From: Eledone cirrhosa
Taxonomy: Eukaryota
Direction of reading: 5' to 3'
Assembly: GCA_964016885.1 (NCBI GenBank)
Contig: OZ024762.1
Coordinates: forward strand, 25,978,001 to 26,042,000
DNA: 64,000 nt
This document shows, piece by piece, positions 42,540-57,486 of the stretch. A program made the translations under genes and the position numbers. A model generated the notes under the pieces. That model was not told the origin of the DNA. It saw only the letters and a list, made by a program, of their open reading frames with translations, and did not search any database. How positions within the stretch are numbered: the first letter of the stretch is position 1; each line of letters opens with the position of its first letter.

Positions 42540-45500
42540 GTAAATGCGATCAGTCGCATATTTTGGCGTGGGAGACTATTTATTACATTTAAGATGAATA
42601 CTATCTCCGACAGTAATGCCACAACTACAGCCAGGTTGAATAACTGGTTATTCTTCTAACTATCCCTTCTGAAGACACCTTTTATTCGAATTCGTAAAGA
42701 TATCCGACTAAATACATAATTCATTTTACAAGGATTTGCTACAAACAGCATGGCTGAACACAACATCAACAAAAATATTAAGGAAGTATCGAAGACAAAT
42801 AACAAAGAAGGTAATCAAACTTCATTCAGTTGTAGCTACAGCAGAAATCGAAATTATAAATCGCATTTCTCTTGGAGGTGCGAACTTAATGATGATTTAT
42901 TTAATTGTTATAAAATGGCAAAAAACAACCCCTCCATTGGCTATATGAATAGAATGAAGCTACACTGGGACGAAATGCACCCAGAGCTAAATTATTTCAC
43001 AGCGAAACAATTACGCCAACAAGCGACGTTTGGTGAACGTAAAAATAAGATAAATATTATTAATTGTAAGTCCCCCACAATAAACATGGGATCACAACAC
43101 GTGCTACAGATTGCCATGCTACTAGATTTCCTAGCAGCTAGGTCGAACAGCGCCTTGAAACAACTATGCCTGTAAGAAACTTGACACCACCTGTACCATC
43201 TAAGTCTACTTCGAATGCTGGGGAAAACACTATCGATAATAATAATAATCGAAGAAATAATAATAATCGAATAAATGTGACACCACGTATACCATCCGAT
43301 TCTACCTCGACTGTTGTGGAAAATACAATCGATAATGATAATCAAAAGTATAAACAATTGAAAATTTCTCTCAACGAAATCTTCCAGAGAGAAATTAACT
43401 CATGTATAAATATCTCTTGCTGAACGTGTTAAAATGACAATGGTGAATAAAAAACCAAATAACGAAATATTACGTGTTATTGACGAAATAGGAGATGAAT
43501 ATTTACGACGGATAAAAACCCCAACATTTTGGCAAATCAACGCCTCTTTATATGCCTTAGCAATGACAGTGAAACATTATCTTGGTGATAGCAGAGATAT
43601 TAACAAGAACAAAACACCACCAAAAATACCATCATATATAACTAAAATAGAAAAAAAGACCTACGAAAAAACATAGGACACGTGACAATGCTCCTTACAT
43701 GCAAACAAACACAAAAAAACCTCATTCCTCACCAACAAAGAGTGAAAAATAAAATAGAAACGATGTTTGGTAACAGTAGAACAAGAAATCTCCAATATAA
43801 GCTGATCACCCTCAAACAAGAATTGAGAGCTGTTAGCGAAAGAAGAAGGTAGACGAGAGAAAAAATGCTTAATAAAAGATTCAGACGAAACCAAACATTA
43901 GTCTATAGAGATATGAAGGGCAAAATAATAAGTGTCACGGAGGCCCCATCCCAGAAAGACATAGATTCCTTTTGGCGCAAAATATGGGGTGAAAAGAAGA
44001 ATTTCAACCAAGATGCAGTGTGGCTAAGAGAAATCCGAAAGAACTATTGCTCCTACACTACAACAAAAACATATGAAATAAGTGAGGGTACCGTTGAGAC
44101 TGTGATAGGAAAACTCCAAGATAAGAAAACACCAGGAAGAGACAAGATTGTCGGCTACTGGTACAAAAAACTAATATTCTATCGGAGGTATCTTACTGAC
44201 CTCTACCAACAAGTTCTTAAGGGAGATACACTTATACCAGAATGGTTGACATTAGCACAAACGTTACTGGTCCCCAAGAACAAAGACACCCACTTGGCAA
44301 AAAACTACCGACCCATTGCATGCCAGAACCTGATGTATACAGCCTACCTGAACCTATTCCTCCAAGATCACTGTGAAAATAATAACATCATCACAGATGA
44401 ACAAGCAGCTGGAAAGAAAGGGGTTTGGGGATGTGCTGAACAACTCCTAATCAACAAAACTGCGATGTCGGAGGTGCGACAACTTAGGAGCAATATGACT
44501 ACAGTCTGGCTGGACTACAGTAAAGCTTTCGATTCTGTTCCTCACTCTTGGATGATAGAGGCCATCCAGCTTGTTAAAGTCCCAGACAGTTATTGTCAGA
44601 GTCATAGAGAGGCTGTCTTCTTCTTGGGCTACTATCCTAAGGTTAAAGACAGAGAGAGAGGACTTTATTTTCACTGATAAAAAAAATATTGCAGGGGTAT
44701 ATTTCAGGGGGACAGTCTCTCTGTGATATTGTTCATCTTGTCATTAAACCCCTTGTCCTTTCTGCTCAAGAAATGTGAGGGATACATCATTGGCTCACAG
44801 GAGGAGAGAAATACGAACCTAACCCATAATTTCTTTGTGGACGATCTGAAACTCTATGCCAAGAATATGGATGGGATGAAGAACAATCTTGACCTGGTTA
44901 AAACGTACTCAAAGGATATACGAATGGAGTTTGGCCAAGTTAAATGCTCATACATGACTGTAATGCGGGGAAAAACAACAACCCAATCTAGCAACATTGT
45001 CATCAATGTCCTAACTGTTTCACCGATATCTGATGAGGACTGCTACAGATACCTGGGGATAGATGAGAACATATCCTATAATGGTATCTGTAATAAAGAA
45101 CGCATAACCAGGGAATATTACACCCGATTAAGAAAGATCTGGTCATCGGAACTCTCTGCGCAAAACAAAACAGTGGCTCACAATGTGTTTGCTGTGCCTG
45201 TCCTACACCAACGTTTGGAATACTCAATTGGACGATAGACGAAATCCGAGCAGTTGATGTTGGAACTCGAAAAATACTGAACAACACGGGAAACTTGCAC
45301 ATCAACAGTGACATAGACCGCCTTTACTTGAAACATAAGCAGGGAGGCAGAGGCCTAACATCAGTCCAGACAACATTTGAATGTCGCATCATATCCCTCC
45401 GACAACATCTACGAACCTCGAAGCGTAGGAGCCCGCTTCTCGAGCAAGTCTATTTGCATGAAACAGATAAGATCATGAGAGATGGGAAGGAACTCCTTGA

Positions 45501-46400
45501 GAGATATTCCCTGTGTGATAATCAAAACTCACACCCAGGGATGTCGCTCAGCAGTATTGCAGTGAATCCATGGATGAAAACTGCATGCCTATCAGCAAAA
45601 AATCATGCATGGGTATGTTGCCAGGAAGCTCCAGAGTGAGAGTAATATAGATAAGGAAAATAGTCTATCTTGGACCGACAACCGCAAGATTGGCTCCCAC
45701 TTTGAAGGATACGCTTTTGCAATCCAAAACAGGAGATTAGCACGAAATACCTGATTCCCAAAAGAGATAGGGATGCAGGCAAAACACCTAGATGTGATAA
45801 CAAGTGCAGACTCTGCAGAACTAACATCGAAGATATCACCCATGTCATCAGCAGCTGTCCAAAGATGTCATCGCGGTACTATCTACCTATGAGGCATGAT
45901 GTAGTGGCCAAAACACTGTACAATGCAATCCGTAAAAACGATAGCCCCGATAATAAACACATTAAAAGCTACAACAATGTGGAAGACCTCCATGTACATA
46001 ATATGAAAGAGTACTGGTGGAATGTTCCAGTAAAAACCCCAATAAAATGCAGGCATAACAGACCAGATATTATGATATGGTACAGGGAGAATAAAACATG
46101 CACAGTAGTGGAAGTTAGCTGCCCAGCAGATGCCAATATAATATCAAAGATTAGTGAAAAGGAGAATATTTATGCAGAACTGATGAGAAATCTGCAGATA
46201 CCCCACCCTGATTACACCTTCAGATTTATGCCTGTGATTATTGGGAGCCCTGGGATATGTTAGTAACTACCTCAATACAAATCTTGAGAAGCTAGGCTTC
46301 ACAGAAACAGAAAGAACACAACTAGTTAGGAAATTACAAGTACAATCCATTAATGGAACAGTAAAAATATGTAAAAGATTCCACAAAGTTTGCATCTAAT
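42540..46400 (+). mobile_element. R4/Dong-type non-LTR retrotransposon, nearly full length, degenerate
   Basis: N-terminal W..E.N..L..CY...GYM.RM..W; RT motifs NYRPIAC, WLDYSKAFDSVPH, GIFQGDSLS, FVDDLKLYA, YRYLGI; CRLC..HV...C, RHD and RPDI..E of the RLE domain. Confidence 0.88.
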
Positions 46401-46773
46401 AACTGCATATACACATGTACAGATACAAAGCATATACACATGCATACATACAACTCAAAACATACACATACACATCCACACATACAATAACATCCATATC
46501 TACACATGCATGCATACATACATATCTACCTAGTTGATGTTGTATAAATTCCAATGGGAGAGTCTTGTGTCTATGTTAGAAACCGACTCTCTCTCTATTG
46601 GTAAAACTTTGTGAAATTCTAAAACCAGAAGAACATACATACATACATACAAACATACATACATACATACATACATACATACATACATACATACATACAT
46701 ACATACATACATACATACATACATCTATAAGCCTGCATAATTCGATGTAGTCACCATATTTCAGCTTCCATAC

Positions 46774-46852
46774 CAAATTTAATTTCACTCTTTCCAAAAG
46801 AAGAACAAAAAGTCAGAAATAATATCGAAAGTGACACTGACATAGTTCCAGC
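46774..46852 (-). CDS. Candidate host exon (AGTMSVSLSILFLTFCSSFGKSEIKF), hydrophobic
   Basis: tcttcAG acceptor, TTTG|gtatgg donor, 79-nt open frame. Confidence 0.3.
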
Positions 46853-46956
46853 CTGAAGATTTTCACTGCATATATACAACACACAGATATATAGTGCATG
46901 TATGGATGTATATATGTATGCTTGTATGTCTCTATGTTTGTCTATATACGTATTTT

Positions 46957-46990
<34 letters not shown>

Positions 46991-47806
46991 TGTATGTATG
47001 TATGTATGTATGTATGTATGTATGTATGTATGTATGTATGTATGTATGTATGTATGTATGTATGTATATATGGATGTATATATAGTGCATTAATGATATC
47101 TGTATGTATGCTAGCATGTCTGTATGTGTGTATATATGTGTATGTAGGCATGTATATATGATATCTGTATGTATGCTTGTAAGTCTGTATGTGTATGTAT
47201 GGATGTATGTTTATATGTATATATGGATGTATATATAATGCATACATGACAGCTGTATGTGTGCTGGTATATATGTGTGTAGGTATATACGTGTGTGTAT
47301 ATACGTATGTATATATGTACGTGTGTGTATGTATGTTTCCTGGTAAGTCTGTATGTGTGAATATACGTGTATATATGTATGTTTGTATGTATATATGTAT
47401 ATATGGATCTATATATAGTGCATATATGATAACTGCATATATGCTGGTATGTCTGTATGTAGGTATATACCTGTGTGTATATACGTATGTATATATGGAT
47501 GTTTATATAGTGCATGTATGATAGCTGTATGTGTGCTGGTATATATGTATGTATATACGTGTATGGATGTATGTATGTATATATATATATGGATGTATAT
47601 ATAGTGCATATAAGATATCTATATGTATGTAGGTATGCATGTGTATGCATACATATATCTGTATGTGTATATGTACGTATCTATGCATGGATATATATAT
47701 ATGTACACACTTGTATGTAGGCATGTATTTATGTATATATACAAGCATGTTTTATATGTGTATATACGAATGTATAAACATACATACATATATATGTATC
47801 TGTGCA

Positions 47807-47876
<70 letters not shown>

Positions 47877-47877
47877 T

Positions 47878-47923
<46 letters not shown>

Positions 47924-47969
47924 ATTAACAATATTAATAAATGGAAAATATCTTTAGAATACCATATTT

Positions 47970-48027
47970 ATTTTATTATACGTATTTCAAGGACACTAAA
48001 TTGTAGTGTGCTTTCATCAGATAAAAT
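47970..48027 (-). ncRNA. Type I hammerhead (family A-related)
   Basis: (-) ATTTTAT-CTGATGA-AAG.ACACTA caatt TAGTGT.CTT-GAAA-TACGTA-TA-ATAAAAT. Confidence 0.85.
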
Positions 48028-48257
48028 ATAATATTTGGTGTTTCGATATTGACATACCTTAGCGTAAACTTAATAGTATAAGCTCGCTATATTTAATATA
48101 TATATATTTATTTATTTAGGTTTGTTGGTTCACCACTGGATGTAACAGGTGATTCAATATGGTCAACCTCGATGTAATATTATTGAGAGCATTCGATGTA
48201 ATGAAACTCACCCGTCTTCGTTTGTGTAGTTGGTGGTGCGAGTACGGACTTAATTAT

Positions 48258-48965
48258 TATAAAATAACAGGAGGGTGGACTGGTGTAATTCCTTAAAAGG
48301 TTTATTATACTATGATCATTTCAATGACCGGGTTCAGTATGAATCCGGTGACATCATCAGGTATTCGAAATATTACAAAGGAATATAATAGACAAAATCC
48401 ATGGGGCTGAAAATCAGAGACATGAGGGCGGCCGAACATTTAGCAGCTTCTACCCCGGTCGGCCGCCCTAAAGTGGTGATTATTAAGCTTACTTATGTCC
48501 ATCTGGTGAAGGGGCGTAGGCTTATAGTGTACTACTACCACCCCGTCAAAGACAGAGGCCCAGCGTTGAGGTCAGGGGACAATCAAGCTGGTCATGCGTC
48601 GATCAGCCTTCCTTGAGTGCTTGGAAAAATAAATTTCCCTTTCTTTCGGTAAAAGAAAATACTCGGAACGGCTGCTTCGTCCTGGGGCCCTGTCGGACTT
48701 GGAACCCGCCCATTCACCAGATGGACATAAGTAGGCTTAATAATCACCACATGAGGGCGGCCGACCGGGGTAGAAGCTGCTAAATGTTCGGCCACCCTCA
48801 TGTCTCTGATTTTCAGCACCATGGATTTTGTCTATTATATTCCTTTGTTATATTTCGAATACCTGATGATGTCACCGGATTCATACTGAACCCGGTCCTT
48901 GAAATGATCATAGTATAATAAACCTTTTAAGGAATTACACCAGTCCAGCCTCCTGTTATTTTATA
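48258..48965. repeat. Inverted repeat of the family C HHR element (~255-bp arms, ~195-bp spacer)
   Basis: 48258-48514 is the reverse complement of ~48710-48965. Confidence 0.9.
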
Positions 48966-48987
48966 TATATGCATATATATATAAACA

Positions 48988-49071
<84 letters not shown>

Positions 49072-49078
<7 letters not shown>

Positions 49079-49829
49079 CAAATAACGAAACGAAATTAAA
49101 TTTCGTTTCGTTTGTAACTCACTTTTGTATGACTGACGCTTAAACAATTAAGTTAAAAATGTACATCTACATATGCATACTGAAATACTAGTATGCATAT
49201 GAATACACACACGTATACATATGTAGATGTACCAAGTCTTTCACTGGTTACTTTACTGTGAGTATCCAGCTATTCTGTATGTAAACACACAGACAAACCG
49301 GTTTTTAGAGTCATACTGGTTTTTGAGGAAACACCTTTCCTCTATTCTCCAGAAAGCCAGACAAGGAATATTGAACTAGTTTCGTTGTTGTTACAACTCA
49401 TCAGCAATATTTACCTATCTACCGGCCTTTCTGGAGAATCGTAAAAGCACATATCGTTATATGCTTTTTCTATGAAAATTAGTAGTGGGCAGACTAATTT
49501 GCATAGAGTGTGAGTACGTACCGGTTCAACGGAGACGATAAAAACAAATAACGAAACGAAATTAAATTTCGTTTCGTTTGTAACTCACTTTTGTATGACT
49601 GACGCTTAAACAATTAAGTTAAAAATGTACATCTACATATGCATACTGAAATACTAGTATGCATATGAATACACACACGTATACATATGTAGATGTACCA
49701 AGTCTTTCACTGGTTACTTTACTGTGAGTATTTACCTATCTACCGGCCTTTCTGGAGAATCGTAACCAGTATGACTCTAAAAACCGGTTTGTCTGTGTGT
49801 TTACATACAGAATAGCTGGATACTCACAC
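49072..49829 (-). mobile_element. ORF-less HHR element (family B-related): 466-nt partial tandem plus a short inversion
   Basis: 49072-49265 is repeated at 49538-49731; 49257-49321 is inverted at 49764-49828. Confidence 0.85.
49367..49411 (-). ncRNA. Canonical type I hammerhead
   Basis: (-) AATATTG-CTGATGA-GTTGT aaca ACAAC-GAAA-CTAG-TT-CAATATT. Confidence 0.9.
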
Positions 49830-50945
49830 TATTTGCACAATGGACTCAGTTGATAACCGGATCAGTCCTACATGCGACAGCAACTGTTCGACATAGCTCC
49901 ACAAGTCAGCAGTGCTCGGGCTCTGAACGAGTGCGTGCACGACGGTTTCGTCGCTCTGCACGCATCCCGGACAGGCTCGGCTGACGGCACTTCCGTGCTT
50001 GTAGAGCTTATCTCGAACCGGAAACGCTCCTCGGTAGCACTGCCAGGCCAGGGATTTTTGGAAGTTATCCATAGACACTGGGCTTAAAGTTCTCCGGAAG
50101 AGAGCAAACAGCTTATCTTCATCGACGCCCAGGATCTCTCCGAGAACGTCGTCGTTCTTCCCTCCACTAGTCTTCTATAGAACGCCGAGGTGGATGTTCC
50201 ACCGATACTGGTGCCCAACTGGGAGAGGGCAGTGAGCGCCTGGAGACATTCCAGTTTCCAAACGCTATCCCTCGGTCTTTTTCTGACCCAGGACTGCAGC
50301 TCCGTTAAGGAGACGAGCTATGGGAAAACGTGCCTGGCGAACGGCGACCACACCTGTTCACCGTCAAGGAGGCACCAGAAATTGCGCAGCCTCAGCGCAT
50401 ATTTGCACATCATCAGCCAGGTTATGGGCCTGAAGTTATCGATAACATCCCCCTTGTTCGGGTCTTTTCTCAGCAGCCTCACTGCTCCCCGGCTCACAAA
50501 ACTGGTAATGCTCCCGTTCTGCTGCCAGTTGCAGTAGACATCTGCCAAGAGGTCACCGAACAAGTCTCGCATAAATGCATAAAGCTCGTAGGGCAGACCT
50601 TCCAAACTTGGCGATTTACCCCTCGTGCAGTAGCCATCGCTTCTCGTATTTCACCGGCTGTTATTGGCTTTTCGCAACACTGTGCTGCGGTTGTCGAGAG
50701 CGATGCAGTCCGTCGAGGTATGCACTGAAGTCCATACGGCGACCCGGCCCGCCGCCGCTCCCGAAAAGTTCAGCCAAGTTCTGCTGAAAAACCTCACACA
50801 TCTGCTCGAGTTCGAGCAACACGCGCCCGTTTTGGTCATAAAGACCGAATTGTGGCTTTGTTGCCACGTCGCGCCTCTGCCACCCGGGCCCATTGGATGG
50901 CTTTTGTTTCAGAGCACGCGCTCTAGCTCTGACAACGCAACCTTG
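49830..50945 (-). mobile_element. Tx1/L1-clade LINE fragment, internally deleted
   Basis: GLPYELY...G.VRLL.K...DNFRPIT joined to later ORF2 sequence; C-terminal FQKSLAWQCYRGA.PVRDKL..CP.C...ETV.HA. Confidence 0.75.
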
Positions 50946-51058
50946 GTGTTTTATATAATTATAAACAGGAAAATTCAGTAATTCATTACTACCTTATTAC
51001 CAGTAAGAAAAATAGCTCAATGTAAATAAATCAGATGTTTTACAGAGCAGGAATATAA

Positions 51059-51560
51059 GTTACACAATAATCAAAACTATGTTCAAAACATTTTATTGCT
51101 GACAATCGTTTCTTCCAAACATTCGTTTGGAATCATCGGAGCACTAGTAAAGTTTAGACATATAATTAACTTCCTATTCGACAGAACAAACATATAGATA
51201 CATAGATATTAATGTTGTTATCAACAGTTTTATGTTTACAGAGTGGAGATGTTGAGGTCAGTGTCAGTGGATGTGACAGAGATAACAAAATAATAGTATA
51301 ACAATTAAATTTAATTGTTATACTATTATTTTGTTATCTCTCTCACATCCACTGAGACTGACCTCAACATCTCCACTCTGTAAACATGAAACTGTTGATA
51401 ACAACATTAATATCTATGTATCTATATGTTTGTTCTGTCGAATAGGAAGTTAATTATATGTCTAAACTTTACTAGTGCTCCGATGATTCCAAACGAATGT
51501 TTGGAAGAAACGATTGTCAGGAATAAAATGTTTTGAACATAGTTTTGATTATTGTGTAAC
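51059..51560. repeat. 502-bp spacer-less palindrome with an HHR in each arm (51097-51143 -, 51476-51522 +)
   Basis: Centre at 51309/51310; TGCT-CCGATGA-TTCCAAAC gaat GTTTGGAA-GAAA-CGATTG-TC-AG(C/G)A. Confidence 0.92.
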
Positions 51561-51614
<54 letters not shown>

Positions 51615-51678
51615 CATATATATATATATATATATAATACAAGGACGATTTGTTAAGCCGTCATTACCTTTATTGATT

Positions 51679-51763
51679 GGTGACGTGCGTTTCGCTGTTG
51701 ATCAGCTCAAGGTTCGATCTATATCGATCTGGCCCGACTCTGAAATCAAAAGCTCGTCAAACC
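51679..51763 (-). ncRNA. Long-stem-II hammerhead motif (core TTGACGA)
   Basis: (-) GGT-TTGACGA-GCT...AGC-GAAA-CGCACG-TC-ACC; homologous to 20700-20781. Confidence 0.6.
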
Positions 51764-52531
51764 TCTGGTGTGGTAATGACAGAATGAACATATAAAGACC
51801 ACAACCAACGCCACCAGCAACACCATTATCTTTTTTTAATGTTAGATGGCGCCACTAGACTAAATTATAAGAATTCCTCAGTCACCTGCTCTTGTCATTC
51901 ACAGAATACAACAACAACAACAACAACATATGTGTGAACTACTATTTGTCACAAAGACCACCACCACCACTACCACCACCACCACCACCAACACCACCAC
52001 CACACCACCACCACCACTACCAACACCACCACCAACCCCACTACCACCACCATCACCACCACCAACACCACCACCAACCCCACTACCACCACCACCACCA
52101 CCACCACCACGATATCTAACACAACATATTTCAAAGTGAAGCCATCACAATATTTTTAATACTCAAATTTTTCTCAACTTTCTCCTTTTTTTTTTCATTT
52201 ATTTTTTGTTGGTTGCTTTTTTCCTTATCCTCACTTTCTTTTCCTTTCTCTCTCTCTCTCGCACCCCTCACACTCTCTCTCACTCAATCTTTCCAACTCT
52301 CTCCCACTCACACTCTCTCTCACTCTATTTCTCTCTCTCTCTCTCTCTCTTACTCTCAAACACACAGTCCCTTCTCTCTCTTATACACACACACTCCCTT
52401 TATCGCAATCTTTCCCTCTCTCTCTTGCTCTCACATACACACCTCTGTCTCTCTCTCTATCACACTCCTCTCTCTCTCTCACATATACACTCATCTCTCT
52501 CTCACTCACGCACCCCCCTCTCTCTCTCACA

Positions 52532-52575
<44 letters not shown>

Positions 52576-52827
52576 TCCTCTCTCTCTCTCCCATACACAC
52601 TCATCTCTGTCACACACACACTCCCTCTCTTTCAATATTTTCCACTCTCTCTGTCACACACACACATTCTCCCCCCGCCCAACCACTCGCCCTTCTCTCT
52701 CCCTCTTTTTTCCACATCTTTTTGTCATCAATTACATTTCACGAGGTTCTTCAAATCAATTGCTTTTGGGATTTCAAATACTTAAAAGTAATTATTATTA
52801 TTTAACGAAAAAAAAGAAAACGAAAAG

Positions 52828-52906
<79 letters not shown>

Positions 52907-53009
52907 GTATTATTACGGTTGTTGTTGTTATCTGTTATAATTATTTTATCGTAATCATCACCATCAACACCATTGCGTATAGTTTTTTTATTGCTATTAT
53001 TATAATTAA

Positions 53010-53068
<59 letters not shown>

Positions 53069-53283
53069 ACATCACCATCATTATCCTCAACAACACCACC
53101 TTCATCAATAACATCAGCATCAACAAGAGATATAAATACAGGCACACACATGAAATCGCAAGGTCCTTAGATACGTCTCGATTCTTCGAAGCAGAGTTTC
53201 CAAAATATTATACTCTGCTCTGTAAAAGCATCGAGTGGTCAAGCGGCCTACCGCATACGAACGCTTTAAGCATCCCGCACCAA

Positions 53284-53341
<58 letters not shown>

Positions 53342-53551
53342 GTATGCATGTATGTATGTATGTATGTATATATATATATATATCACAGAAGGTTATTTGT
53401 CACAAATATACTGAATAAATACTTCAATGAAAATATAGTTAAAACATATCTAAATCAGAGAAGATATAAATATAGACTGGCTTGTAAGGTTACCGACGGG
53501 TAGTGTACTAGTATAGCCAACTAATAGAAGAGAGCTTCACTAGCATCTATT

Positions 53552-53641
53552 CCCTGACGGCTGTTTCAGGAATCAAGAAACAGTATTGACTGTCTAAATA
53601 AATTAAGAAAAGCAATATTGGAAGATTCCTTCATCAGAGGG
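53552..53641 (-). ncRNA. Type I hammerhead with a long stem II
   Basis: (-) CCCT-CTGATGA-AGGAATC...GATTCCT-GAAA-CAGCCG-TC-AGGG. Confidence 0.85.
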
Positions 53642-53940
53642 TTTCTTTGAAAATATAAAAAATAAATAATATTCACCTGTTTGTAAATGGAGTTTATCGT
53701 TACCGATCCTGCATGATGTATAAATTACACGCATGCGTAGATCGTCAAACAGAGTAAATATTTATATATCAAGGACAGTATGACAGGTTCAAAATAACGC
53801 TAGAAATAGTACCCGTAAATATAAATATGCAAGTGAGGGCAACATGAATGGATCTGTTATTTTTCTATAAACTGGTGATTTCCATTTCCACCCTGCCCAC
53901 TTCCTCAAACTTTCTATTTCTTCTTTAATTTCTCATACTT

Positions 53941-53975
53941 TCTCTGATGAAGGACTAGCAGCTGAAACGTTAGGA
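53941..53975 (+). ncRNA. Minimal hammerhead-like motif
   Basis: TCT-CTGATGA-AG..CT-GAAA-CGT-TA-GGA; stems are weak. Confidence 0.45.
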
Positions 53976-54039
53976 CTCTCTTTCTGCTACTTCAAGCATT
54001 TGTTCTGTTATTTTTGTTATTTCAGTTTACTTTGACACG

Positions 54040-54166
<127 letters not shown>

Positions 54167-54194
54167 CCCCCCCCCCCACACACACACAAACAAA

Positions 54195-54259
<65 letters not shown>

Positions 54260-54412
54260 ATATATATTTATATATATGATTAGAAGGACATGTATAACGA
54301 AGGTATACAAGTCTCGCTATGTGATTTAAGCTGTGATCATGTCACAGTATCGCAGTAGCCGCGTAACGACACCATACCGTAGTGAGGGTCATTATCCACC
54401 TCCCGTGATGCA

Positions 54413-56757
54413 ACCCAGGCCAAGAATCTAGGACACAACACACAACCCCGTCCAAGAATCTAGGACAGAACACACAACCTAGTCAAAGAATCTAGGACAC
54501 AACGCACAACATAGTCCAAGAATCTAGGACACAGCACACAACCCAGTCTAAGAATCTAGGACAAAACACACAACCCAGTCCAAGAATCTAGGACACAACA
54601 CACAACCTAGTCCAAGAATCTAGGACACAACACACAACCTTTTACAAGAATCTAGGACACAACACACAACCTAGTCAAAGAATCTAGAACACAACTCACA
54701 ACCTAGTCCACGAATGTGGAACACAACACACAACCTAGTCCAAGAATCTAGGACACAACACACAACCTAGTCCAAGAATCTAGAACACGACACACAACCT
54801 AGTCAAAGAATCTAGGACAAAACACACAAGCTAGTCCAAGAATCTAGGACACAACACACAACCTAGTCCAAGAATCTAGAACACAACACACAACTTAGTC
54901 CAAGAATTTAGAACAGAACATACAACCTAGTCCAAGAATCTAGGACAAAACACACAACCCAGTACAAGAATCTAGGACTCAACACACAACCTAGTCCAAG
55001 AATCTAGGATACAATACACAACCTAGTCCAAGAATCTATGACACAACACACAGCATAGTCCAAGAATCTAGAACACAACTCACAACCTAGTCCAAGAATC
55101 TGGAACAAAACACACAACCTTATCAAATAATCTAGGACATAACACACAACCAGTCCAAGAATCTAGGACACAACACACAACCTAGTCCAAGAATCTTGGA
55201 CACAACACACAACCTAGTCCAAGAATCTAGGACACAGCACACAACCCAGTCTAAGAATCTAGGACAAAACACACAACCCAGTCCAAGAATCTAGGACACA
55301 GCATACAACCTAGTCCAAGAATCTAGGACACAACACACAACCTTGTACAAGAATCTAGGACACAACACACAACATAGTCAAAGAATCTAGGACAAAACAC
55401 AACCCAGTACAAGAATCTAGGACACAACACACAACCTAGTCCAGGAATCTCGAACACAACACACAACCTTGTCCAAGAATCTAGGACACAACACACAACC
55501 TAGTCCAAGAATCTAGAACACAACTCACAACCTAGTCCAAGAATCTGGAACACAACACACAACCTTATCAAATAATCTAGGACATAACACACAACTAGTC
55601 CAAGAATCTAAGACACAACACACAACCTAGTCCAAGAATCTTGGACACAACACACAACCTAGTCTAAGAATCTAGGACACAACACACAACCCAGTCCAAG
55701 AATCTAGGACACAACACAACCTAGTCCAAGAATCTAGAACACAACACACAACCTAGTCCAAGAATCTAGGACACATCACACAAACTAGTTCAAGAATCTA
55801 GGACACAACTCACAACATAGTCCAAGAATCTAGGACACAACTCACAAACTAGTCCAAGAATCCTGGACGCAGCACACAACCCAGTCCAAGAATCTAGAAC
55901 ATAGCACACAGCCTAGTCCAAGAATCTAGGACACAACACACAACCTAGTACAAGAATCTAGGACACAACACACAACATAGTCCAAGAATCTAGGACACAA
56001 CACACAAATTAGTCCAAGAATCTTGGACATAACATACAACCTTGTCGAAGAATCTAGGACACAACACACAACCCAGTCCAATAATCTAGGACACAACACA
56101 CTCTTGTCCAATAATCTAGGACAAAACACACAACTTAGTCCGAGAATCTAGGACACAACACAATAACTAGTCCAAGAATCTAGAACACAAAACACAACTT
56201 AGCCAAATAATCTAGGACACAACACAACCTAGTCCAAGAATATTGGACACAACACACAAACTAGTCCAATAATCTAGGACACAACACACAACATAGTTTA
56301 ATAATCTAGGACAAAACACACATCCTAGTCAAAGAATCTAGGACACAACACACAACCTCGTCCAAGAATCTAGGACACAACACACAATCTAATCCAAGAA
56401 TTTAGGACACAACACACAACCCAGTCCTAGATTCTAGGACATAAAACAACCTATTCCAAGAATCTAGGACAGAACACACAACCTAGTCTAAGAATTTAGG
56501 ACACAACACACAACCTAGTCAAAGAATCTAGGATACAACACACAACCTAGTTTAAGAATCTAGGACACAACACACAACCTAATCCAATTATCTAGAACAC
56601 AACACACAACCTAGTCAAAGAATCTAGGACACAACACACAACCTAATCCAATTATCTAGAACACAACACACAACCTAGTCAAAGAATCTAGGACACAACA
56701 TACAACCCAGTCCAAGAATCTAGGGCGCAACTCACAACCCAGTCCAAGAATCGAAAA
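54413..56757. repeat. 32-bp minisatellite array (~73 units)
   Basis: Consensus aatctaggacacaacacacaacctagtccaag. Confidence 0.97.
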
Positions 56758-56865
56758 CACGGCATTATGATTATAAATCCAACTCAATTACCTTACAAGG
56801 TTAATATTTATTTAAGTGACAGTTATCAACACAAATAACAACAACCAATAATAATAATAATAATT

Positions 56866-56906
<41 letters not shown>

Positions 56907-57071
56907 TAATAATAATAATAATTATAATAACGAGGTCGGGTATAAAACTGAAAGTGTGTGAAGTATATGATGTAATATCAGCAACAGTCACATAAAGTTG
57001 CTTGTTGAATAAACACTTCAAAAAACATTTGCCTTGTGAAGGAGAAGATAATGTTACGTGTATACACACAC

Positions 57072-57162
<91 letters not shown>

Positions 57163-57262
57163 TATGTATATACATATGTATGTATACATATATATTTATG
57201 TTTTATATACATATATATATGCGCACACATACACACACATACACCCTCCACACACATATATA

Positions 57263-57317
<55 letters not shown>

Positions 57318-57435
57318 GCATATATATGCATATATTTAACACACATACGAGTTTTTAAATGCACAGAGTTCAAATTTTGAAAATAGGCAATGAAGCAAAT
57401 TAACAAACAAAAAATATAATAAAAAAATTAATAAT

Positions 57436-57486
<51 letters not shown>

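Noticed and set aside
42540-42700. HDV-like ribozyme in the R4/Dong 5' UTR
   Set aside because: A hairpin is visible, but I could not assign the nested double pseudoknot by eye
54413-56757. CRISPR-like regular array
   Set aside because: Contiguous 32-bp units without unique spacers; eukaryotic context and no cas genes
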